Positions 48,742 through 59,573 are shown, counted from the stretch's first letter. The stretch is 64,000 nucleotides of DNA from a bacterium (GCA_963693055.1 OY843751.1:416001-480000); one strand, 5' to 3'. Notes: a model not told the origin generated them from the sequence alone. Numbers and translations are program-made.

Positions 48742-50853
48742 ATGTCCGGTTTGAAATTGAAAACTGAATTTTATATTGCCGCTGCCAGTGTTTCAATTGT
48801 ATTATTGGTTGTTGGGATTTGGGGGATTACTAATGTAATACATTCAAAAAATTGTTTAAAATCCATTAAAGAATCTCAAGTTTTTGCATTGATTTTGTTG
48901 AGCGATTTGCGAGATGCTCAGGCTATTATCTCGGAATATGAAGCCATTGTGCTGAATCCATTTACAGTAGAAACACCAACCGCAGGCGATTACAAAAAAC
49001 AAAACGAGAATGCCTGGCCTTTAATTGAAAACACCTTAAAGAGATATGGTGCAATTGAAAAACTCCCGGATCATGAGGAAAAATGGAAATCCTTTTTAAC
49101 AGTGTTGCAAGAGTGGAAAGATGCGCATCAATCCGTTTTACAAACATCTTTAATCAATGAATCTGTAAACAATAACGCTTTTGAGGTGCAGTCTGCTTTT
49201 GCATTTTCATTGCTAAAATCTCAGGCTTTGAATGAATCGATCAAGGTGTTGCAAAATGTTCATATGACAGCAATGGACCAGATTCAAGCTAAAAACGATG
49301 TTAATGCAAATATCACCATCCTTATTTTATCTGTATTAATTATAACAGGATTAGTTATTGCATTTGTTTTTGGAACATTTTTTAACCGGGTTATTATAAA
49401 ACCAGTCAATACAATTATTGCTATGCTCAAAGAATGCAATGAGGGAAATCTTCGTCCTCGCGCCAATATAACTCATAACAATGAAGTTGGTGATCTGGCG
49501 CAAACGCTTGACAGTTTTGTAAACAAGCTTGAAACCAAAATTGTGGGTGGAATGTACAAGCTTGCTCAAGGTGAAATGATAGATGAGATTTATGTCAGCA
49601 ATAATGATGACCAGGTTGCTCCTGCCATGAATACAATGGTTCAGACTTTAAATAATGTTATGCAGGAAATTAGTATCATTACATCACATGCTATTGATGG
49701 AAATTTGGAATATAGGGGAGAAGCAAACGATTTTAGTGGTGTTTTTCAGGACATTATCCAAAAAGTTGATGAAACACTGGATGCTATTATAACTCCGTTG
49801 AATGCGGCATTAGATACTCTGACCAAACTGTCTGACAAAGATCTGACAGTACGAATTCAAAGTGATTTTCATGGTGATTATCAGCAATTAAAACAAGCAA
49901 TCAATACGGCCATGGAAAATCTGGATACCAGTCTGTCCAAAGTTGCAATGGTTGCTCAACAGGTTACCGTAGCAACAGACCAGATCAATGCTGGCAGCCA
50001 GTCGGTTGCACAGGCCGCATCTGAACAAGCCAGTTCTCTTGAAGAAGTATCGTCCTCATTGCACGAATTGGCATCACTTACAAAGCAAAATGCCGGAAAC
50101 ACCAATGAAGCCAAAGACATGGCTACAAAGATAGAGTCAAATGCCACCCACATCCGCTCAGTAATGGACTCTATGGCCAAAAAGATGGAACTGATTAAAA
50201 CTTCTTCTGATGAAACAGTAACCATTGTAAAAACTATAGATGAAATTGCATTCCAGACAAACCTGCTGGCTTTAAATGCCGCAGTAGAAGCAGCCAGAGC
50301 CGGTGAAGCGGGAAAAGGTTTCGCCGTGGTTGCGGAAGAAGTCAGGAACCTGGCTATACGTTCTGCCGATGCTGCTAAAAATACATCTGCACTGATTGAA
50401 AGTTCAAAGCAGAACACGGATGAAGGTGTAAAGATGACGGGCGATATGAATTCTGTATTGATGGATATGATAAGCGATATTACTGATATTGCTCAGATCA
50501 TTTTTGAAGTGTCAGAAGCGGGTAATGAGCAAGCCCGTGGTATTGAGCAGGTTACAACAACCATTGGAGAATTAAACTCTATAACCCAGCAATTTGCGGC
50601 TACCTCGGAACAAACAGCAAGTTCGGCCCAGGAAGTTAACAGCCAGGTTCATGAATTAGAAAAACTTGTAATTGATTTTAATATTAGCCAAAAGAATTCT
50701 TTTATGGGGTCTGAACCTGCTTTGTCTATTAGTAGTACCAGAATTGCCGAAAATGGACAAAGAGCATCCGGGTATCGTTCAGCAGATCCTGAAAAGATTA
50801 TACCCTTTGGAAATGAGCCTGTTGATAATGATTTTGTGTTAAATGATTTCTAA
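48742..50853 (+). CDS. Methyl-accepting chemotaxis protein
   Basis: Two TM helices, periplasmic helical sensor, HAMP repeats, signalling hairpin [37 protein letters not shown]. Confidence 0.96.
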   Translation: MSGLKLKTEFYIAAASVSIVLLVVGIWGITNVIHSKNCLKSIKESQVFALILLSDLRDAQAIISEYEAIVLNPFTVETPTAGDYKKQNENAWPLIENTLKRYGAIEKLPDHEEKWKSFLTVLQEWKDAHQSVLQTSLINESVNNNAFEVQSAFAFSLLKSQALNESIKVLQNVHMTAMDQIQAKNDVNANITILILSVLIITGLVIAFVFGTFFNRVIIKPVNTIIAMLKECNEGNLRPRANITHNNEVGDLAQTLDSFVNKLETKIVGGMYKLAQGEMIDEIYVSNNDDQVAPAMNTMVQTLNNVMQEISIITSHAIDGNLEYRGEANDFSGVFQDIIQKVDETLDAIITPLNAALDTLTKLSDKDLTVRIQSDFHGDYQQLKQAINTAMENLDTSLSKVAMVAQQVTVATDQINAGSQSVAQAASEQASSLEEVSSSLHELASLTKQNAGNTNEAKDMATKIESNATHIRSVMDSMAKKMELIKTSSDETVTIVKTIDEIAFQTNLLALNAAVEAARAGEAGKGFAVVAEEVRNLAIRSADAAKNTSALIESSKQNTDEGVKMTGDMNSVLMDMISDITDIAQIIFEVSEAGNEQARGIEQVTTTIGELNSITQQFAATSEQTASSAQEVNSQVHELEKLVIDFNISQKNSFMGSEPALSISSTRIAENGQRASGYRSADPEKIIPFGNEPVDNDFVLNDF

Positions 50854-50951
50854 GTGTTTCCATTGGGGGAAAATACTTAAATTTCTTGGTTTCATGTCTG
50901 AATTATATTATCTTTTAATATTTGAAACAAACAATTCAATGGAGACGTACA

Positions 50952-53468
50952 ATGAAACGTTTTTTATTCATCATAATTTCTATTGTTATTGTTTTAGCTT
51001 CCTGTACACAAAAGGCTAAAAAGTCATCCCCTGAAATTGCAGAGTTTAAAGCAGTTTTTGATAATTATGATCGGGTCTGGGTTGGTAGAGATTTCTGGGC
51101 CATACCTATGGAAGATTGGCAAATTCATGACGGACGCCTGGAATGCGTGGGCAATAGAAACAATATGCGTGTGAATTTGTTAACATTTGTACTGAATGAA
51201 AAAGCTGTAGGATTCAATGCCGGGGTCCGTATGGGTTTGTTGAATTCCGGAGAGACCTACAGTTCGGCAGGATTGAGTATTGGCGTGCAGGATGCTGAGG
51301 ATCCTGATGTGCGTGCCGCTTGTTATTTTGGCAAGGGAGTCAAGTTGGGTGTAACCAGCTCGGGTGAACTGTATATTCAAAAACAGAAAACAACGCTGCC
51401 GGAAGGATTTGATCTGACTGATTTTCATTTACGTGTGAATGCGCAGCCTTCAGGTGGTCAATATACAGTAATAGCGGTGGTGACGGATAAACAAAATCAT
51501 TCGAAAAGTTTGAGCCAGACTGTCAACATAACTCCGGGATTACTGGCAATGTTTAATGATTTTCCGGGAAAAGGCGATAGAGGAAAAGGAAGCCATTTCT
51601 GGTTTGATAACTTTACAGTCAAGGGTGCCAAGATTGACAGCAAGCCTGAAAATTCATTTGGGCCAATCTTGTGGTCAATGTATACCATGAGTAGAAATGT
51701 TTTAAAATTGACCGCGCAAATGCCGCCCCTGGGTGATAGGGATGATCACAATGTTCGCCTGCTGTTGAAAAAAAGAAAAGATTGGGAGATTATCAAAGAA
51801 TCTCGAATTGATCCCAATGCCAGAACGGTTACATTCAAACTGGGGAACTGGGACTCTGAACAAGAAGTACAATACAGGCTGGTATATTCTGAAAAAGATA
51901 CAAACGGAAATGTTAGAGAAAGTGAATATGATGGAACGATACGTCGGGATCCTGTAGATCAAGATTTGACTTTGGGAGGTTTGACCTGTCAGTATGGCAC
52001 CGGATTTCCATATTCACCGCTGGTTAAACATATAACAGCGCAAAATCCGGACTTGCTTTATTTCTCCGGTGATCAGATATATGAAGGGAATGGCGGGTAC
52101 AGTATAATCCGTTTCCCCGCGGATATGGCCATATTGAGTTATCTTGGCAAATGGTACATGTTTGGCTGGGCATTTGGTGATTTGATGCGCGACAGACCCA
52201 CAATTTGTACTCCGGATGATCATGATGTGTTTCAAGGTAACTTGTGGGGAGAAGGTGGTAAAAATATTCCTCAAAAGAGTTTTAATATCTATCATGGTAC
52301 CGAAGGTGGATATGTAGAGCCTGCAGAGATGATCAATGTGGTACATACAACACAATGTTCGCATTTACCTGATCCTTTTGACCCTGCATTGATGGAACAA
52401 AACATTATACCGATCTATATGGATCTGGTATATGGCAGAATCAGCTTTGCAATTGTCAGTGATCGTAATTTTAAATCCGGGCCCAATGCAATAGCATTTT
52501 GGCAGGGCAGACAAGACCATGTTAAGGAAAAGGGTGTTGATCCCGCGGTGCTGGATTCTCCCGATTTGAAAATGCTGGGTGACCGGCAGCTGGATTTTCT
52601 GGATGAATGGGTAAGAGACTGGCGGGGAGCGGATATGAAAGTACTGCTTAGCCAGACGGTTTTTGCCAATATTGCAACGCATCATGGTGGAGAACAGATG
52701 GTGCTTGCCGCAGATCTGGATTCCGGTGGCTGGCCGCGTACAGCACGTAACAAGGCACTCTCTATTATTCGCAAAGGCTATGTATTTCATATTGTTGGTG
52801 ATCAGCACATTCCTTCGCTTTCACAATATGGAATTGATGATTACCGGGACGCAGGATGGTGTTTTTGTACTCCTGCTATTTATGTAGGCTATGAAAGACG
52901 TTTTCAGCCGGAACGCCTGGGTTGGGAAATTTCTGATCCGCCAGAGCATGGTTTGCCGAATACCGGTTATTATGAGGATGGCTTTGGGAACAAGCAATAT
53001 GTTTATGCAATGGGTAACCCGGTTGATAAACCTGTAAAATACCCACGGTATAAAAAAGGACAGGAAACAGCTTCAGGCTATGGATTGGTTGAGTTTGATA
53101 AAGCAGAACGGAATATTGTTGTGCATGCCTATCATTTTCTGGCTGATCCCGATAACCCGGAACTGGATGATGAATTTGCAGGATGGCCATATACCCTGAA
53201 TCAATTTGATAATGATGGTAGAAAAGCAGTTGGGCATTTGCCCAAAATTGAGGTCAAGGGAATCAAGAATCCTGTAGTTTTTGTAGACGATGAAAAGACC
53301 TGTGAACTGGTTCATGCTGTGCGAATTTTGGGAACCAGCTATTCAGCACCGGTTTACAGTAATGATACATTTACAGTAACCGTTGGTGATCCGGACAAGG
53401 CATTATGGAAAACCATAACATCGTTAAAACCGTCAACGGATGAAAAAATAATAAAAATTAATTTCTAA
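50952..53468 (+). CDS. PhoD-like (alkaline phosphatase D family) metallophosphoesterase lipoprotein
   Basis: Lipobox LASC; FSGDQIYE, PDDHDVFQGNLWG, DLDSGGWP, GDQH. Confidence 0.85.
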   Translation: MKRFLFIIISIVIVLASCTQKAKKSSPEIAEFKAVFDNYDRVWVGRDFWAIPMEDWQIHDGRLECVGNRNNMRVNLLTFVLNEKAVGFNAGVRMGLLNSGETYSSAGLSIGVQDAEDPDVRAACYFGKGVKLGVTSSGELYIQKQKTTLPEGFDLTDFHLRVNAQPSGGQYTVIAVVTDKQNHSKSLSQTVNITPGLLAMFNDFPGKGDRGKGSHFWFDNFTVKGAKIDSKPENSFGPILWSMYTMSRNVLKLTAQMPPLGDRDDHNVRLLLKKRKDWEIIKESRIDPNARTVTFKLGNWDSEQEVQYRLVYSEKDTNGNVRESEYDGTIRRDPVDQDLTLGGLTCQYGTGFPYSPLVKHITAQNPDLLYFSGDQIYEGNGGYSIIRFPADMAILSYLGKWYMFGWAFGDLMRDRPTICTPDDHDVFQGNLWGEGGKNIPQKSFNIYHGTEGGYVEPAEMINVVHTTQCSHLPDPFDPALMEQNIIPIYMDLVYGRISFAIVSDRNFKSGPNAIAFWQGRQDHVKEKGVDPAVLDSPDLKMLGDRQLDFLDEWVRDWRGADMKVLLSQTVFANIATHHGGEQMVLAADLDSGGWPRTARNKALSIIRKGYVFHIVGDQHIPSLSQYGIDDYRDAGWCFCTPAIYVGYERRFQPERLGWEISDPPEHGLPNTGYYEDGFGNKQYVYAMGNPVDKPVKYPRYKKGQETASGYGLVEFDKAERNIVVHAYHFLADPDNPELDDEFAGWPYTLNQFDNDGRKAVGHLPKIEVKGIKNPVVFVDDEKTCELVHAVRILGTSYSAPVYSNDTFTVTVGDPDKALWKTITSLKPSTDEKIIKINF

Positions 53469-53479
53469 ATATATTATTG

Positions 53480-53506
53480 CGGGGCAGTCTTGGCTGTCCC
53501 TTTTTA
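53480..53506 (+). terminator. Intrinsic terminator after the phoD-like gene
   Basis: ggggcagtc-ttg-gctgtccc followed by ttttt. Confidence 0.6.
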
Positions 53507-53603
53507 ACACAAATTATTTTATAGGAGAGTAACATGATCATTATTTCTGCAAACACATGGCAAAACGTAAACAGGAACATGAATTTAATTTCAGGAGACC
53601 ATA

Positions 53604-55121
53604 ATGCAGGAATATTTAATGGTAAACCAACTCTCTTTTGCTTACGAAAACAGTATTGAAACAATATTTGAAACCATTTCTTTTCAATTAAACCCCGGAT
53701 GGACCGGTTTTGTAGGTGCAAACGGGAGCGGGAAAACCACACTTTTAAAATTAATAACACGTGAAATCTCTCCGAATTCCGGATCTATAGCTTTTTCCGG
53801 AAATGCGATTTATTGTGAACAACGTACGGATCATTTACCTGACGGTTGTTTTGATTTTTTCAATTCCATGGAAAAGTATGCCTTTCGTTTAAAGGATATG
53901 CTGCAAATTGAGGATGACTGGCCGAACAGATGGAATACCCTAAGTCATGGCGAGCGTAAACGGTTGCAAATTGCTGTGGCTTTGTTTTCAAAACCCACGC
54001 TTCTTGCCATTGATGAACCTTCGAACCATCTTGATCAGAATGCTAAACAAATCTTGTTTCAGGCTTTGAAAACATTTCCCGGGATTGGTTTGTTGATTAG
54101 CCATGATCGAGAATTATTGGACAATCTATGTAACCAGACATTGTTTATAGATCCGCCCGGCATAGATATCCGGAAATGTAATTACAGTACTGCTTTTGCC
54201 GAAAGAGAACAAGAATCACGTTTTCTGATAGAAGAGCATGAAAAAGCAAAGCGAGAGGTCCGCCGGCTAAGAAAGAGAGTGGGGCAACAGCGCAATAAAG
54301 CAGATCAGGCGGATAAGCTCAAATCAAAACGAAACATTGCCAAAAAGGATTTTGATGCAAAATTAAAAATGGACCTGGCCCGTTTGACCGGTAAAGACGC
54401 TGTTGATGGGCGTATCCATAGCAGATTAAAGAGCCGGCTTGACAAGGCACAGGAACAGCAGCAGTCAACGCGTGTTAAAAAATCGTACCAGGGAGGCATT
54501 CGAATAGAGGGGAGTGGTGGTTTCCACAAATTCCCTGTGTTTGTCCCGGAAAAAGTACTGGCCCTGGGGGATGAAAGAGAGTTATATATCCCTGAACTGA
54601 AAATAGATGCTGATTCTCGTATTGGTATCTCGGGAGATAATGGATCAGGGAAAAGCTCGTTTTTGCGATATTTCCTCAGCCTTGACCTCATATCAACAGA
54701 GCAATACATTTATATTCCCCAGGAAATTGATATGGGCACGTCCAAAGAAATTCTGGCACGTACCCAAAAAATGGACAGTGCGGTCAAGGGGAGGTTGATG
54801 ACTATCATCCGGCGACTGGGATCAGCCCCCAACCGGCTGCTGGATAGTGAGATCCCTTCGCCAGGTGAAGTGAGAAAGTTGATGCTTGCGGAAGGGATGT
54901 TGAATGATCCGGTGTTGCTGATTATGGACGAACCCACCAATCACATGGACTTGTTTTCCATTCAGCATATAGAGTCTGCGTTAAAAGAGTTCCCGGGAGC
55001 AATGATGCTGGTCAGTCATGATCTGTTTTTTCTTAAATACACGGTTTCGTATTTATGGCATTTTGAACAGCGGGAGCAGAATAAATTTTCTATCATTGGA
55101 AACAATTTTGAAAATGGTTGA
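53604..55121 (+). CDS. ABC-F family ATPase (ribosome-associated, possibly ribosomal protection type)
   Basis: Two NBDs (GANGSGKT/LSHGE/DEPSNHLD and GDNGSGKS/SPGE/DEPTNHMD), a long basic helical linker and no TM segments. Confidence 0.88.
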   Translation: MQEYLMVNQLSFAYENSIETIFETISFQLNPGWTGFVGANGSGKTTLLKLITREISPNSGSIAFSGNAIYCEQRTDHLPDGCFDFFNSMEKYAFRLKDMLQIEDDWPNRWNTLSHGERKRLQIAVALFSKPTLLAIDEPSNHLDQNAKQILFQALKTFPGIGLLISHDRELLDNLCNQTLFIDPPGIDIRKCNYSTAFAEREQESRFLIEEHEKAKREVRRLRKRVGQQRNKADQADKLKSKRNIAKKDFDAKLKMDLARLTGKDAVDGRIHSRLKSRLDKAQEQQQSTRVKKSYQGGIRIEGSGGFHKFPVFVPEKVLALGDERELYIPELKIDADSRIGISGDNGSGKSSFLRYFLSLDLISTEQYIYIPQEIDMGTSKEILARTQKMDSAVKGRLMTIIRRLGSAPNRLLDSEIPSPGEVRKLMLAEGMLNDPVLLIMDEPTNHMDLFSIQHIESALKEFPGAMMLVSHDLFFLKYTVSYLWHFEQREQNKFSIIGNNFENG

Positions 55122-55184
55122 GACTGATACAAGAAATCCGTATTATATTAATGATGGGATAATACATTAATTGAGGGTTAAGAA

Positions 55185-56582
55185 ATGAATAGTGTGCAGT
55201 CACGAAGATCGTTTATCAAGACTGTATCCATGTCTCTTGTTGTTTCAGGCATGGCTTGCAGTTCATTAAAGAAATCGACACCACCCAATGTTGTAATTAT
55301 TTTTCTGGATGATTCCGGATGGGGCGATTTTAAACCATTTGGCAACCCCGCGTATTCAACACCGAATGTTGAACAGCTTGCCAGTGAAGGCCGCTGTTTT
55401 CACCAGTTTTATGTGCCCCAGGCCGTGTGTTCCGCGTCTCGCGCGTCATTAATGACCGGGTGTTTCCCCGGACGTACCAAAGTATTTGGCGCACACCCTC
55501 CCAAAGCGAGAGGACTTGATCCGAAATTTGCAACAATGGGACAGGTGATGCAAAAACGCGGATACAAGACCGCGGTGTTTGGCAAATGGCATCTGGGCGA
55601 CCAGGACGAAACACGTCCACCGGTGAGAGGGTTTGACGAGTCTTGCGGATTGATGTATTCGAACGATATGTGGGAGTTCCATCCACAACATCCGGATAGC
55701 TATAAAGATGCTCCATTACATTTCTGGGAAAATGGCAAGGTCAAAGTTGAGCGTATGACACCCAAAGAACAGGAAATGCTAACCACATGGTATACCGAGC
55801 ATGCGGTAGATTTTATTAATCGCCATAAAGATGAGCCCTTTTTCCTCTATGTACCGCATTCTATGCCGCATGTGCCTATTTTTGCCAGTGAAAAATTCAA
55901 GGGTAAATCTGGCACCGGTTTGTATGGTGATGTCATGATGGAGCTTGACTGGTCGGTTGGTGAAATTGAAAAGGCGTTAAAAGAGAATGGACTGGAAGAA
56001 AATACACTGGTTATAATGACTTCTGATAATGGCCCCTGGACCAGCTATGGTAACCATGCGGGTGTAACACCGTATCGTGAAGCCAAAGGAACCAGCTTTG
56101 ATGGTGGTACCCGATCGGCATGTATTGTAAAATATCCGAAAAAGGTAGAAGCGGGAACGGTTTCGAATGAAGCCTGGTGCTCTATTGATATTATGCCGAC
56201 GGTTTGCCATGTGACAGGCGCTGAGCTTCCGGCTAACGAAATTGATGGTGAAAATGTATGGGATCTGGTTATTGGTAAACCGGGTGCAACGAATCCGCAT
56301 GAATATTATGAAATTTCAACTAGTAAAATATTTGAAGGTATTATTACTGGTGATGGCAAGTGGAAACTACATTTGCCGCATAGTTACAGGGTGTTAGAAT
56401 ATCCCGGTAATGGTGGAATGCCAGGTAAATACAATCGTGTGAACATTGAATTGTCTTTATTCGATATGAAAAATGATCCATACGAAACCACCAATGTGTT
56501 AGAGAAATATCCTGATGTTGCTGATAGACTGACAAAGCTAGCGGAAGCGCATCGGAAAAAATATTTTCCTGATCAGGTATAA
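55185..56582 (+). CDS. Arylsulfatase (formylglycine-dependent), Tat-type lipoprotein signal
   Basis: SRRSFIK...MAC; PNVVIIFLDD, CSASRASLMTG, GKWHLG, SDNG. Confidence 0.92.
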   Translation: MNSVQSRRSFIKTVSMSLVVSGMACSSLKKSTPPNVVIIFLDDSGWGDFKPFGNPAYSTPNVEQLASEGRCFHQFYVPQAVCSASRASLMTGCFPGRTKVFGAHPPKARGLDPKFATMGQVMQKRGYKTAVFGKWHLGDQDETRPPVRGFDESCGLMYSNDMWEFHPQHPDSYKDAPLHFWENGKVKVERMTPKEQEMLTTWYTEHAVDFINRHKDEPFFLYVPHSMPHVPIFASEKFKGKSGTGLYGDVMMELDWSVGEIEKALKENGLEENTLVIMTSDNGPWTSYGNHAGVTPYREAKGTSFDGGTRSACIVKYPKKVEAGTVSNEAWCSIDIMPTVCHVTGAELPANEIDGENVWDLVIGKPGATNPHEYYEISTSKIFEGIITGDGKWKLHLPHSYRVLEYPGNGGMPGKYNRVNIELSLFDMKNDPYETTNVLEKYPDVADRLTKLAEAHRKKYFPDQV

Positions 56583-56587
56583 ACATT

Positions 56588-56622
56588 AGGGTGTGCTCAT
56601 ATTTTGAGTACACCTTTTTTTT
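56588..56622 (+). terminator. Intrinsic terminator after the sulfatase
   Basis: gggtgtgctca-tattt-tgagtacacc followed by a long T-run. Confidence 0.75.
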
Positions 56623-56637
56623 AACAAGGAGGATTAA

Positions 56638-57171
56638 ATGGAACCCAGAATTATTGAAAATGCCGAGTATCATAGTATATTAAAAAAATATATTTTTATT
56701 TACATTTTGGGTGCTTTGATAGTTTCTATTGCGGGCCTGGTATTGTTGCCTGTTTGGTTAATTATGGGCAAATGGTATTCCAATTTGTATTTTAATAATC
56801 TCAGTTGTACACTGACGGAGAAAAATCTACAGTTGAAAAGGGGGCATTGGTTCAGAGTTGAAAAGACAATCCCTCTTGATAAAATCCAGGACCTTACCCT
56901 GCGGGAAGGTCCTCTGTTGAGAAAACTGGGGATTTGTACATTACAGGTGGAAACAGCAGGACAAAATAGCCCGGAAGGCAGCAGCGATGCCAAGATTATC
57001 GGTTTGCGAGATGCCAAGGTATTTCGGGACAAGGTGATGGCACAACGTGATATTTTGGCTGGGAACGAGTCGCTTTTTGAATATCCAAAATCTGAGGGTA
57101 TAACTGAATTATTGACAGAGATTCGGGATTTGTTGAAAAATATTGAGCGCTCTGTGAGTATAGGGCATTAG
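56638..57171 (+). CDS. Bacterial PH-domain membrane protein (YdbS-like)
   Basis: Two TM helices, then KRG.WFRVEKTIPLDKIQD...GPLLR.LG...VETAG. Confidence 0.85.
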   Translation: MEPRIIENAEYHSILKKYIFIYILGALIVSIAGLVLLPVWLIMGKWYSNLYFNNLSCTLTEKNLQLKRGHWFRVEKTIPLDKIQDLTLREGPLLRKLGICTLQVETAGQNSPEGSSDAKIIGLRDAKVFRDKVMAQRDILAGNESLFEYPKSEGITELLTEIRDLLKNIERSVSIGH

Positions 57172-57286
57172 GTACACATTTTACGGGTTTTGTAGAATTA
57201 AATACTAATTTGAGATTCGAGAAGATTTATGAAATGCCTGTTCATTCGTGTTTGTTATCTATGTAAAGCTAAATATGAGGTGTTTT

Positions 57287-58168
57287 ATGAGTATACGTAA
57301 AATGTACAAAATCTTGACTGCTCGCCCTACTGTAGAAGGAAATGGTGTACATTTAAAACGTGCCTTTGGTATACCTTTTATACCCGAGTTGGACCCGTTT
57401 TTACTTTTAGATGATTTTCATTCAAATAAACCTGAAGATTATAATAAAGGTTTCCCCTGGCACCCGCATCGGGGAATTGAGACCATTACCTATGTGCTTG
57501 AAGGCAAAGTTGAACATAGTGACAGCCTGGGACACAAGGGTGTAATCAACGGTGGCGAAGTACAGTGGATGACCGCCGGCAGTGGTATTATTCATCAGGA
57601 AATGCCGGAAGGTGAATTTGATGGTAGAATGTGGGGCATGCAATTGTGGGCCAATTTACCCTCTTCGCGTAAAATGATGGAACCCCGTTACCGTGAGATC
57701 AAAGTTAAAGAGATCCCTTTTTTCAAACTGGATTCCGGTGTTGAGGTGGGTGTGATTTGCGGGCAGATTAATGGAGCGGCGGGTCCTGTACGGGATATTG
57801 TAATTGATCCCGAGTATCTGGATATTACCATCCCTCCCGATACGTTTTTTACTCACAAGGTAAAAGAAGGTTACACTGTTTTTGCATATGTGTTGGAAGG
57901 AAGCGGCTGCTTTGGTTTGGATGCGGAAGATCCTTTGGAAATGAACCGTATCAATAACGGATTTGCGGAAAAGGAAAATCTGGTTATTTTTAAAGATGGG
58001 GATGAAGTGATTATTGGCAGTAAAGCGGGTGTTCGGTTTTTATTGATCTCTGGCAAACCTATCAAAGAACGGGTAGCCTGGTATGGTCCTATAGTTATGA
58101 ATACCGAAGAAGAACTCGACCAGGCCATAGCCGAATATCAGAACGGTACGTTTTTAAAACATAAATAG
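57287..58168 (+). CDS. Pirin family protein
   Basis: DPFLLLD, GFPWHPHRGIETITY, QWMTAGSGIIHQE, QLWANLP, GPIVMNT. Confidence 0.95.
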   Translation: MSIRKMYKILTARPTVEGNGVHLKRAFGIPFIPELDPFLLLDDFHSNKPEDYNKGFPWHPHRGIETITYVLEGKVEHSDSLGHKGVINGGEVQWMTAGSGIIHQEMPEGEFDGRMWGMQLWANLPSSRKMMEPRYREIKVKEIPFFKLDSGVEVGVICGQINGAAGPVRDIVIDPEYLDITIPPDTFFTHKVKEGYTVFAYVLEGSGCFGLDAEDPLEMNRINNGFAEKENLVIFKDGDEVIIGSKAGVRFLLISGKPIKERVAWYGPIVMNTEEELDQAIAEYQNGTFLKHK

Positions 58169-58218
58169 TATATGTATTGGGTGGATCATCGGGGCTGAAT
58201 CTTTTTTTTGGATAGAAT

Positions 58219-59202
58219 ATGTTTGGAATGAAATGGGTCGTAGTAATGGGACTGGGGCTGCTCTCTGTTTGTGATTTTAGTGAACCGGTTGTACCGGATG
58301 ATAATTTGGATTATCGGCAGCAAATGCGCCGTTTTGTAACGGATTTAAGCTTGCATGCAAAACTTTGCTCACCGGGTTTTATTGTTATTCCTCAAAATGG
58401 CCAGGAATTGATTACCGTAGATGGTGATACGGATGCTGAATTGGTAAAGGATTATCTGCGTTTTATTGATGGCACCGGACGTGAAGACCTTTTCTACGGA
58501 TATGATAATGACAATACAGCAACCCCTGCGGATGAGCGTGATTATATGCTGGCGCATTGTGACCGTTGTGAACAAAATGGTGTAGAGGTGCTGGTGATCG
58601 ATTACTGTTCTACCCATTCCAAAATGGACGATTCGTATCAGAAAGGCCGTGAACATGGATTCATCTCTTTTGCCGCACCCGAACGGGACCTTAATGTTAT
58701 TCCTGATTATCCGCAGCAGCCTTTTAGGGTGAATGACAACGACATCCATACCCTGGGGGATGCAAAAAATTTCCTTTATCTCATTAATCCTGAGAATTTT
58801 GCATCAAAACAGGAATTTATTGATGCGGTTTCAAAAACGGATTATGATCTGCTGGTTATGGATTGCTTTTTTAATGACGAATTGTTCACTCAAAATGAAC
58901 TGGAACAATTGAAGCAAAAAGCCAATGGCGGTGTGCGGCTGGTTGTATCTTATATGAGTATTGGTGAAGCAGAGGATTACCGATATTACTGGCAGGAGGA
59001 GTGGAGCAAAAATCCACCCGAGTGGCTGGAGCGTGAAAATCCGGACTGGGAGGGCAACTATAAGGTCAAATACTGGCAGCCGGAATGGCAGTCTGTGATC
59101 TTTGGCAGTGACTCATCCTATTTGGATATCATACTCAATTCGGGTTTTGATGGTGTTTATCTGGATATTATTGACGCGTTCGAGTATTTTGAGAATCTCT
59201 GA
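58219..59202 (+). CDS. Endo-alpha-1,4-polygalactosaminidase-like (GH114/MJ1477-TM1410-type) exported protein
   Basis: IVIPQNG, EDLFYG, SYMSIGEAEDYRYYW, ENPDWEGNYKVKYW, GFDGVYLDIID. Confidence 0.82.
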   Translation: MFGMKWVVVMGLGLLSVCDFSEPVVPDDNLDYRQQMRRFVTDLSLHAKLCSPGFIVIPQNGQELITVDGDTDAELVKDYLRFIDGTGREDLFYGYDNDNTATPADERDYMLAHCDRCEQNGVEVLVIDYCSTHSKMDDSYQKGREHGFISFAAPERDLNVIPDYPQQPFRVNDNDIHTLGDAKNFLYLINPENFASKQEFIDAVSKTDYDLLVMDCFFNDELFTQNELEQLKQKANGGVRLVVSYMSIGEAEDYRYYWQEEWSKNPPEWLERENPDWEGNYKVKYWQPEWQSVIFGSDSSYLDIILNSGFDGVYLDIIDAFEYFENL

Positions 59203-59367
59203 TAAATATTCAGTCTTTTGGTTATGGCAATTGAAAAAAATCCACATTTCTATTGTTTTCTATTCCTGAAATTTTTTAATTAATTAACAGTAATTGTTTA
59301 TGATTCAACTCCTCCGGGTTATGTGTATAAAGATTTTTAAATTTAATTTTAAATTGCAGGAGAGAAT

Positions 59368-59526
59368 ATGAATAATCAAAACGGCTGCTGGAGTATTATG
59401 TAATTGCCAGTGCGTTAATATGGGGCGTTACCATTCTGGGCTGTGCTTACAAGCTCAAAGGTGCCGGGTATACATCTGATTATGATTTGGGGGCCACTGG
59501 CAGCATAATTGAAAAAGAAAAAGTAA
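59368..59526 (+). pseudogene. Decayed small membrane-protein gene (frameshifts, probable internal deletion, in-frame TAA)
   Basis: Strong SD caggaga plus ATG. Fragments in shifting frames: MNNQN..., VIASALIWGVTILGCAYKLKG, GIHLIMIWGPLAA*LKKKK*. Confidence 0.5.
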
Positions 59527-59573
59527 GAGATGTCTGGTTCATGATTTTCATTTTCCAATAATTGGAGGTAGTT

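Noticed and set aside
55431-55460. Sulfatase motif CSASR instead of CxPxR
   Set aside because: CxAxR is a known functional variant in formylglycine-dependent sulfatases.
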